Assembly (NCBI GenBank): GCA_964019335.1
Contig: OZ025670.1
Location: forward strand, 634,221 to 698,220
Reading direction: 5' to 3'
Length of the DNA: 64,000 nt
Source of the DNA: Diplonema japonicum
Lineage: Eukaryota > Protista > Euglenozoa: Diplonemea
Shown: piece after piece, positions 48,735 to 57,705 of the stretch
Position numbering within the stretch: the stretch's first letter is position 1
How the letters are laid out: each line of letters starts with the position of its first letter
The notes under the pieces: model-generated
What the model was told of the DNA's origin: nothing
Databases searched by the model: none
Seen by the model: the letters and a program-made list of their open reading frames with translations, nothing else
Program-made: the position numbers and the translations under genes

Positions 48735-49296
48735 AAAATAGCTATTTATTGCCAACAAATGTCATTATTTTACTCGAGTTCCCGAATTTTTTGCACGAGG
48801 GCCCTGCAATTTTTCAAGGGGTTGGGTGCATCTTTTCCGCGGTGAGACCCATTTTTTCACTCTGAAGGGCCATTATTTAACTGCAAAATCTCATTACTGT
48901 AAAACAAAAATCCACCGGAAGATAAAATATCCGGACCGCCGAAACATCCGGTGATTTTTTCTTCCGGACATTTTTTGGGGCACTTTTCAAGGGGGTACCA
49001 AGCCTGTCCACGCTAGTAGTCCTACGCACTATCCCCTCCCCCTGTCTACTGCATGTTTCCCTGGAAAAACTTATGTTTCTGTTGCAGGAGTCTTAAAATT
49101 GGCAAAAATATGACTAAAAAAAAAAAGGGGTGAAGAACGTCCTACCTGTCCGTCTTGTTTGCTGCCTTCGCAGCCTTGGCAGTGTGCCTGGCCTCGGCCT
49201 CATAATGGCGATTTCGCGTTAAATAATGGTCATTTCACGTTAAATGATGAGGCCCCTAGTGAGTGAAGAAAATGACGAAGAGTGAAATTAAAAAAA
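48735..49296 (-). mobile_element. Rearranged inverted copy of the HINE/Helentron-like element at 51189-51757
   Basis: 48735-48895 and 49201-49296 are reverse complements of parts of 51185-51760. The middle is deleted and about 300 bp of unrelated sequence is inserted. Confidence 0.7.
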
Positions 49297-49309
49297 GGCG
49301 GAAAAAAAT

Positions 49310-49391
49310 CGCAGTCGGCAGGACTTGAACCTGCGCGGGCAGAGCCCAATGGATTTCTAGTCCACCTCCTTAACCGCTTGGATACGACTGC
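49310..49391 (-). tRNA. tRNA-Ser (anticodon AGA)
   Basis: 82 nt. Acceptor stem GCAGTCG/CGACTGC plus G, anticodon loop CT-AGA-AA, long variable arm, GGTTCAAGTCC, downstream T7 terminator. Confidence 0.95.
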
Positions 49392-49402
49392 TACGCGGAT
49401 AT

Positions 49403-50612
49403 ATTTTTTTTTCAAAATACCAATAGGTGCCACCATGGGGGAGCAACACCTGGGAAGGGGAAAGGTGAAGGGAAGCATGGAAATATTACAGGGAGGGCGA
49501 AGACCAGTTCTTCTGCAATCAGATGGAGCTGTGGACTCCGCCAACCCGTGCACCTGTTTGGAACAGCCGAAGAGGGCTGAATTACTTTAATTCCAAGCCG
49601 CGTAGACCTACGTGACTCGGACGGGGACCTTGACCCCAGTTCGTAGTTTTTCTCAACTGGGACCTCTGGTGACCGGAACTGGCCCCGGTCGCCCCCTCGA
49701 GAGGGATTTGCTCCATTGAGCGAAACATGAAAGGGTGAGAGTAAAATCTCTCAAAATCAAAAGGGGAAGCGAGCGTGCGTGTGCGCATGGGGATGATAGG
49801 GGAAGTATTTGCTCTCCCCGCTGCACTCCGGCAGGCGGGGGGAGGGGATGGCCGTACCACACTCGTTCGTGCGAAGATGAGAGGACTCATCAGGGCAACT
49901 TCAGAGTAGATCGGGCCATCCGTTTTGACTACAATGTCAGGGCACACGGCAACAAGAGGATGTTAATTTTAAAAATTTAAAAATTTAAAAGTGGGGACGG
50001 GCATACTGGTAAGAGAAAGGCCAGACGCCGGATGATGATGATAACATAAGAAAAGAGAAGGGAAGGGAACGTAAGCACTAAAAGAATTGAAAAGTTGATC
50101 TCACCATACTCACTTCAGCGCAACACGGGGGCCGCAGGGCCGGCGTCAAGGGAGACAGCCGGCGGGGGCGGGATGAACGAAGGGGCAGCGGTACCTGCTG
50201 TTGCCGCAGACGGCGACGTGAAGACCCCGGATCTGGCCCAGTCAAGCAAGCCAGAGTCGGCGATAAGGGTGAATACCTGCGTCACGCGTTTTGACAAGCA
50301 CTCCACCAGCGAGGGGCGTCCATTGGGAGCGTCGAGCGAACCCCGTCCAACCACAGCGCACCCCCCAACAACGTGCTCCCTGGACATCTGTGCTCCACAC
50401 GCTGGACAGCTGAGCTCAGCCTTCTTCCTGTTCGGTCCAGCCGCCTGCAGGAAGCCGAAGAAGAGAGCGGAGTGCCCTACCCTCAGCCGCGAGATGACCG
50501 TCTCCGCTAGCCTGGGGAGGGACTGGGGGAAGCACGCCGCTCGGAGCCCCGTGGCCCTCGCGTACCTCGGGGCCACCTCCCCGACAATGACCGCAGACCT
50601 CTGCTGAATCTG
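49403..50612 (-). mobile_element. Element A: 5'-truncated Ingi/I-group-like non-LTR 3' end (ORF remnant 50115-50612, ~700-bp 3' UTR, A tail)
   Basis: ISRLRVGH..CPAC..EH...C knuckle. TSD gcggatat at 49395-49402 and 50613-50620. Confidence 0.8.
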
Positions 50613-50624
50613 GCGGATATTTTT

Positions 50625-52295
50625 AATAATAATAATAATAATAATAAATGAACCACTGACGTGCGAAGCAAAGGCTGGGGGGGGGGGGGGGGGGACAGAA
50701 CAGGTGGACCAAGGGTCTCCCTGTATCTAACGAAAGGGGGAAAGGAATGAGATAACCTTGAAACTTTCGCTAAACTATCCATACGTACCGAGGACGGAGG
50801 TGGGGCCGGTTCGTGGGCTCCAGTGTTCGCGACTTCGCCCACCTCCGTGACCCCGGCAGCTCTCCAGCCCGCTTCCCTTGCCAGCACCCTTCGGGCGAAC
50901 CTCCGGGTTTTTGAGGAGTGGGGTACCTCGTCCGTGCTCGCCCTCACGAGCGGCACACTGGCACGGAGGCATCCCCTTCAGCCAGCTTTGTTGGGCGGCG
51001 GAGCCTTAGAAAATTCAAAACAATGGAAAATGATACGGGGGGATGTGTGAAGGGGCGGGGAAAGGTGAAGACAGAAGTTGGGGTGCACGACAGGGTAATA
51101 ATGGGAAACACAGGGGGAGGGGGAGAGGGTTCACTAGTACTTTTTGGTTCACTTTTTTCTGTTCCTTTTTTTTTTTTTTTTTTTTTTTATTTCACTCTTC
51201 GTCATTTTCTTCACTCACTAGGGGCCTCATTATTTAACGCGAAATGGCCATTATTTAACGCGAAACGGCCATTATTTAACGCGAAATCGCCATTATTTAA
51301 CTAGTTAAATAATGAGATTTTGCAGTTAAATAATGGCCCTTCAGAGTGAAAAAATGGGTCTTGTCGTGGAAAAAAATGCACCCAACCCCTTGAAAAATTT
51401 TTTTGGGGTGGGGGTATTTTGACTATTTTTGGCCATCTGAGGCCATTCCAGCCCTTAAAAGTGGGAATAAGTGCCTTACTTCCCCTTTAAATGCCACGGC
51501 GAAATAGCTACCCTGTATTACCTTAGGAAAATCCCCAAAAAGCTGACCTGCGTGAAAAAAAACAGCAGTGAAAGCAGTGAAGAGTGAGTGACTCAAATGA
51601 CGAAGAGTGAAATAAAACGACTTACTTGCCGCCAAATGAGCCATTATTTAACACTCGTTACCCGTTTTTTTGCACTCGGGCCCTGCGGGCCCTCGTGCAA
51701 AAAATTCGGGAACTCGAGTTAAATAATGACTCATTATTTGTTGGCAATAAATAGTTATTTTTTTTTTTTTTTTTTTTTTCTACGTCCTGCGATTGCGGTC
51801 AGCGGCTCGGCGGTCGTGAGAGTCTCAGATGAGGTCCATCCTCTTCAGGTAGGAGGCGGTTTCACTCACCCTCATTGTGAGCATCTCCTTCGTGGTCGTG
51901 GGGATGTCATCCCCGAAGATCTCTTCGCGGACCTTGTCTCCAGCTGGGCACCCGATCAGCAGATGGTGTCTGTCCTGGATCGAATGGCACGAGAGGCAAC
52001 GTATGTCACTCTGGACGGGTTTCGACAGGAAGCCGCAAGTCAGGTGGCTCCTGCCCGTTCGCAGTCTCGTTATCTGTACCTCATCGTGTCTGCAGGACAG
52101 CTCCTTCAAAGGGAGGTACCTCGCGCCGATCTCCTCTCGGTACTTCTTATCCCGACCAGTCTTCTCCCACGAGGCTGCCCAGTCGCGGTTCACCGACCTC
52201 TTGATGAGGCTCTTTGTGGTCATCAGGTCCGTCGGGCCGTCCGGTGTCGACTCCTTTGCGGCGCGTTTGGCGTGTCGGTCGGCTTGCTCGTTACC
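50625..52295 (-). mobile_element. Element D': truncated, near-identical copy of the element D 3' end with a (TTA)n tail, interrupted by the HINE-like insertion
   Basis: 51780-52295 is the reverse complement of 54742-55257, and 50625-51165 is the reverse complement of 55289-55820, with few substitutions. Confidence 0.9.
51189..51757 (+). mobile_element. Non-autonomous Helentron/HINE-like rolling-circle element inserted in a T tract
   Basis: 23-bp asymmetric subterminal inverted repeats (51185-51207 and 51595-51617), about four 21-bp tandem repeats, a ~100-bp 3' stem-loop (51636-51734), T runs on both sides and no coding capacity. Confidence 0.6.
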
Positions 52296-52755
52296 AGGTC
52301 AGCCTTCGACGGATGATGGACCACATCGGTTGGAAGCCGTCGTCTATCATCCGACGCTCTGACACGGCGTTCCAGGGCACGAGGCAGCTCGTGTTCTTCA
52401 TCGTCGCCGACGCCCCGCCCCCCAAGGCCAGGACATGGCTCTTCGGCTCTCTCCTCGTTCGACTGCACGACGCGGAAGCCACCCGAGCGTCACACTCCCG
52501 CCCCGCACCAAGAAGGCTCCACCCGCGGCTCAAACGCCGGTTGCGGCAACCACAGCCCAGACGCCGGCCCCTGACCCCACGGCGCAGTCCACAGGGCTGC
52601 CGAGCACCAATCCGTGGTCATCACCACCGAGCTCGGTAGCCCCTCCGCCACTTGGCACTGTGACTCCGGTCCCCTCCGCGGCTTCCCTGGCCACCACACC
52701 TCCCCATGACCGGAACCTGAGGCTCCTCACGCTGATCCAGTCGCATCACTTGGCC
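52290..52755 (+). pseudogene. Degenerate fragment of the element F ORF1
   Basis: Aligns to about 61890-62455 with frameshifts and deletions. Confidence 0.85.
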
Positions 52756-52801
52756 CTATCCCTCTCCCAACCCCTTCCTTCCTCTCACGAGTTGGCCCAA
52801 A

Positions 52802-55257
52802 CAGACGGCATCTACAACGAAATGCTGAAGTACCTGGGACCGGTGGCCAGGGAAGTTCAACTCCTCCTCTACAACTCATCCCTCCAGACCGGTGTCGTCC
52901 CTGCCGAATGGAGGCGGTCTTCCATCATCCCCCTCATGAAAAAGGGCAAAGACCAATCCGAACCCGCCTCGTACAGGCCGATCGCGCTGACGTCAAACAT
53001 CGTGAAGACGTTGGAGCGAATAGTCAAGGACAGGATGTGCTTCCTGCAGGACACAGGACGGGTAAGGCAATTGCACACATCGCAGGCGGGTTTCCGGAAA
53101 GGGAGGTCCACGGAGGAAAACGTGCTGTACGCCGCCTCAAAGCTCAAAAGTGTCAGACTGAGCCAAGGTCTGGGGGGTCTCCTGCTGTTCGACTTCAAAG
53201 GAGCCTTCGACACAGTCTGGCACAAGGGAGTGATCGCAAAGCTGATAGGCGACGGATACCCTCCCAAGCTCGTGAAATGGATCACCTCTTTCCTCGACCA
53301 ACGTAAAGCCTCCGTCTGTGTGAACGGGGAACACGGCTGCGTGAAGACAATGACAGGGGGCGTACCCCAAGGCACCATCCTGGCCCCGCAGCTCTTTTCC
53401 ATCTACGTCAACGACCTGGCCAGGTTGTACAGGAAGGCTGGAATCGACGCGGTAGTGTACGCAGACGACATAGCGATAGTGCTGGAGGCGGGGAGTCCTG
53501 CCGAGCTGAACAAGAAGGTGCAACGCGCGGTGAGCCTCACGGAGCGATGGTGCGAGACGTTCTCGATGAAACTGTCCCAGGAAAAGACAGAGTTCATGCC
53601 GGTAGAGGGACAGTTCTGGAACTCGCACGACAGTCTCGCAAACCTCATCAACGCCCGCTTCCCCTCGAGTGGGGCGAAAGTCAAGGTGGTACGCGAGGCT
53701 AAATATCTTGGCGTCACCTTCGACGAAAGCATGAACTTCCACGAGCATGTGCAGAAGGTGAAGGGAAAGATCAACAGCCGTCTTCGCCTGCTGCGCAAAC
53801 TCGCCGGAACAAGGTGGGGCTGCCGCAAGCACACCCTAAGGACGCTGTACCTGACGTACGTCCAACCGGTTCTGCGCTACTGTCTCGGTGCTTACGGCAA
53901 CTTCGTGGGACATGCTGCTCTGGCCGAGTTCGACTCGCTACAATACACAGCAGCGAGGTTGATAACGGGATGCTTCGACAAGACTTCCGCGACGGTGACC
54001 AGGTCAGAGGCGGGCATCTGGGAGATTGAATCCTTGCTGGAACACGACACCCTGGTGCTCTACGAGAAGGCACAGCGTCAACCGGGGACAACAGCGGAGA
54101 AGGCAACAAAGATATCCGGGGGTCAGATGTGGTACGGGAAAAGCTGGCGAAACACCGCGCTCGACTTGGCGAAGAGTCACGGGATGCCGGAACGCGAAGA
54201 CCTACCACACCACTCAGTCACTCAGAGCGCAGACCTGCAGCTCCCTCCATGGGTCCAACCCAAAGTCCTGTTCCACCCCGACCTAGTCCGCAAGGTACAC
54301 AAGAAGGACGAAAAAAGTCTCAAACTCCGAGCGGCCTTCGAATCGATCAGGAGGCACGGCATCCCAGATGTGATCGTCTACACCGACGGGTCAGTCACCG
54401 GACACAGGAACGGCGGTTCGGCAGCTGTGATAAGGATCGGGTCTGACACACCGAAGCAGGCACGCAAGAGCGGAGGAGCAGTGACTTCGGCCTACCGATG
54501 CGAACTGAAAGCGCTGAACCTGGGGCTGCAATTGACACTGTACCATACCCGGAGACAAGGTGTGACGACCGGAGTAGTGCTGCTGTGCTCGGACTCCCAG
54601 TCGGTGATCAGAAGACTGATGCAGGGCCACAGAGAGATGAGGCAGAAGGAGGAACTGCTGGCTTGGAAATGGCTGGACGCGCTTGACCGCCAAGGCCTCT
54701 CCACCATCATCCAGTACGTTCCCGGACACTGCGGCCTACCAGGTAACGAGCAAGCCGACCGACACGCCAAACGCGCCGCAAAGGAGTCGACACCGGACGG
54801 ACCGACGGACCTGATGACCACAAAGAGCCTCATCAAGAGGTCGGTGAACCGCGACTGGGCAGCCTCGTGGGAGAAGACGGGTCGGGACAAGAAGTACCGA
54901 GAGGAGATCGGCGCGAGGTACCTCCCCTTGAAGGAACTGTCCTGCAGACACGATGAGGTACAGATAACGAGACTGCGAACGGGCAGGAGCCACCTGACTT
55001 GCGGTTTCCTGTCGAAACCCGTCCAGAATGACATACGTTGCCTCTCGTGCCATTCGATCCAGGACAGACACCATGTGCTGATCGGGTGCCCAGCTGGAGA
55101 CAAGGTCCGCGAAGAGATCTTCGGGGATGACATCCCCACGACCACGAAGGAGATGCTCACAATGAGGGTGAGTGAAACCGCCTCCTACCTGAAGAGGATG
55201 GACCTCATCTGAGACTCTCACGACCGCCGAGCCGCTGACCGCAATCGCAGGACGTAG

Positions 55258-55292
<35 letters not shown>

Positions 55293-55820
55293 CAGAAAAA
55301 AGTGAACCAAAAAGTACTAGTGAACCCTCTCCCCCTCCCCCTGTGTTTCCCATTATTACCCTGTCGTGCACCCCAACTTCTGTCTTCACCTTTCCCCGCC
55401 CCTTCACACATCCCCCCGTATCATTTCCCTTTGTTTTGAATTTTCTAAGGCTCCGCCGCCCAACAAAGCTGGCTGAAGGGGATGCCTCCGTGCCAGTGTG
55501 CCGCTCGTGAGGGCGAGCACGGACGAGGTACCCCACTCCTCAAAAACCCGGAGGTTCGCCCGAAGGGTGCTGGCTTGGGAAGCGGGCTGGAGAGCTGCCG
55601 GGGTCACGGAGGTGGGCGAAGTCGCGAACACTGGAGCCCACGAACCGGCCCCACCTCCGTCCTCGGTACGTATGGATAGTTTAGCGGAAGTTTCAAGGTT
55701 ATCACATTCCTTTCCCCCTTTCGTTAGATACAGGGAGACCCTTGGTCCACCTGTTCTGTCCCCCCCCCCCCCCCAGCCTTTGCTTCGCACGTCAGTGGTT
55801 CATTTATTATTATTATTATT
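52802..55820 (+). mobile_element. Element D: 5'-truncated Ingi/I-group-like non-LTR retrotransposon (RT, RNase H, zinc knuckle; stop at 55212; 3' UTR with internal A tract; (TTA)n tail)
   Basis: DGIYNEML, YRPIALTS, QAGFRKGRST, GVPQG, YADD, KYLGV, VYTDGS, GHCGLPGNEQAD, RLRTG. TSD (tt)ggcccaaa at 52792-52801 and 55819-55828. Confidence 0.93.
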
Positions 55821-55842
55821 GGCCCAAAATCGAATGCGAACC

Positions 55843-55915
55843 GGCGAGTTCGCACTAGCGGTTAGGACCTCCACTAACCGTTAGTTAGGTTCCTGGTTCG
55901 ATTCCGCGTCAGCGC
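55843..55915 (+). promoter_or_regulatory. tRNA-derived internal Pol III promoter (A/B box) at the head of element E
   Basis: D-loop-like CTAGCGGTTAGGA (55855-55867) and B box GGTTCGATTCC (55895-55905) at tRNA spacing. The cloverleaf stems are degenerate. Confidence 0.65.
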
Positions 55916-56213
55916 TAGTATTAGTATATCATCCTCTACCTGTCGGGTTGGCTGACCGGACGAAAAGTTCCACCATCTGGAACTTGAACCTGGACCGCCG
56001 GTGGAGGGATCCCCAAACCCAACAACTCCACCAAGTTGGAAAGTGGTGGCCACTTGCATAAAACCAACAAACTAACCTGTAGTTCCTGATACTCACTGGC
56101 GAACAGCACCAAAGGGCGGGGATGTCAAGAGACCAGTGCCAGTACCAGTGAGTCGTAATGTAAAGGTAAAGGGACAAACGGGGGAGGCCTCCGGGCCTCT
56201 TTTAAAAAAAAAA

Positions 56214-56338
56214 GGGGTCCGATTACACACACACATGAACATGTAGACGAACGCGGTGTGTGTGGTGGCTGCCCACCTCCACGGTGGTGGTCCCTGGGCA
56301 ACGCGCAGGTGGTGAAGGTTGCGCGGCTGAGAGGCAGC
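56214..56338 (+). ncRNA. HDV-like self-cleaving ribozyme
   Basis: P1 GGGGUCC/GGUCCCU, P2 GCUGCCC/G(A)GGCAGC, P3 ACC/GGU, L3 UCCACGGU, GG-GCAA, P4 CGCGCA/UGCGCG, J4/2 GCUGA. Confidence 0.8.
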
Positions 56339-57554
56339 TCGAGAGGAGGAGCAGGGGAACGGTGTTGCGTTGGGCGGCCGAGGGCCGGAGCCGGAGCGCC
56401 GTGTTGGATGGCATCCCCTGGGGAAGCCTCCTGCACGCCAGAACGAGGACCGGATCCGGAGACGCCGTTTGATGGTTTTCCTGGGGAAGCTGACCTGAAC
56501 GCCCGAGCGAAGTGGCCTGAGCGTGGGGAGCACTGTTTGCCGACAGAAAACAAGATTAATGCAAAATGTCCAGAGTGCGCAACAGTGTTTTCCACGTGAG
56601 GGGTTCGATTTCAAAGTGGGTCCTCCAGCCACCAGAGTTGTAGGCTGGGTTCCCGCGGAGAGAGAATCGGAGCGGAGGCGTCAAGTACGGTGGACCACCT
56701 CAAGGGATGTAAGTCCATTGTGTGACACAGTCTCTCGGTGAAGGTCCGACTTCTGGTGGGTAGGCAGGCAGAACCGCATAGGGGTGTAAGGAACACCATT
56801 GTGTGACCTGTCGCACACGGGGAAAGCCCAAGGCCGGTGGGTTATCTGCCAACGTGTCCCCCTCCTCTACTTCGCCTCTCACAACCTCTTCCTCCCCGCT
56901 GACGATTGACTCCACAGCACTCGCCGGCCTACCTGGTGCGCCCGCGTCATTACGCGATAGGGAGTCTCGTTGGAAAAACATCTTTCGCAGCTGAGAAGGG
57001 GGGTTTTTTTTTTTTTTAGAAATAGTAACCAGTAATTCTTTTTTCCCCCTCCCCCATTGGTTTCCCTTTCTTTTTATTTTCCCTACCAGGCTCCTTTTCT
57101 AGTTATGCATTCCTCCCTTCTTTGTGGAAGTTGAGTTCTGAACTTGACTTTTCCTTTTACATTTCCTTTTCAAATTTATATTTTAGGCTCCCACAGCCCA
57201 ACAAAACCAGCAGATGGTGGGGTCCCTGTGGCTGGATAAATCAAAATTAGGGATCTCATCGCCGTCCTTTAATATTTGGGGTTGTCTTTATTTGGTGACA
57301 GCCGAAGCCTTCGAGGCCCAAGAGCTGCGTGGCGGGGGAATGGGGAAAAAATAAGAAAGGTGGATGTCGGGGGCCCAGGAAAATATACAAGAGGTCGAGC
57401 AAACGAGCAAGAGGTCCCCCCCGATATGGCTCAGTAAGAGAGACTGTTTTAACCTTCCCTTCCCAATTTTTATGGTTTCAACTTTCTCCGCCCCCCATCC
57501 CCCCCCGCCTGGTAGTGGAATAATTATTATTATTATTATTGGCCCAAAATCGTC

Positions 57555-57626
57555 GGCTCGGTGGTCTAGTGGCATGATTCTCGCTTAGGGTGCGAGAGGT
57601 CCCGGGTTCAATTCCCGGCCGAGCCC
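57555..57626 (+). tRNA. tRNA-Pro (anticodon AGG)
   Basis: 72 nt. Acceptor stem GGCTCGG/CCGAGCC, anticodon arm CTCGC-TTAGGGT-GCGAG, GGTTCAATTCC, T6 terminator. Confidence 0.97.
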
Positions 57627-57705
57627 TTTTTTGTGCTCAAATCTGAAGTCTAGTCCTTACCCCCCCCCCGTTCCTCCCCGTGGCTATCACCACAGCTTAA
57701 AGTGT

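Larger units (their letters stand above)
55833..57540 (+). mobile_element. Element E: non-autonomous composite retroposon (tRNA-derived head, HDV-like ribozyme, decayed zinc-finger remnant, (TTA)n tail)
   Basis: 12-bp TSD ggcccaaaatcg at 55821-55832 and 57541-57552. No RT ORF. CPECATVFST* remnant. Confidence 0.8.

Noticed and set aside
51228-51301. 21-bp repeats as a CRISPR array
   Set aside because: They are head-to-tail repeats without unique spacers, in eukaryotic DNA, with no cas genes.
52435-52801. N-terminal part of the 925-aa ORF-track protein
   Set aside because: It is a chance in-frame fusion of a decayed F ORF1 fragment and flanking DNA to the truncated RT of D. The TSD at 52794-52801 marks the true boundary.
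55258-55288. A31 run as the 3' tail of element D
   Set aside because: Both D copies continue into the same 530-bp sequence, and the TSD lies after the (TTA)n, so the A run is internal.
55843-55915. Possible third functional tRNA gene
   Set aside because: The acceptor, anticodon and T stems do not pair and there is no adjacent terminator, so it is treated as a tRNA-derived head.
55950-56160. Hammerhead-like words (ctga...gaaa) in element E
   Set aside because: No complete CUGANGA/GAAA core with three stems could be built.
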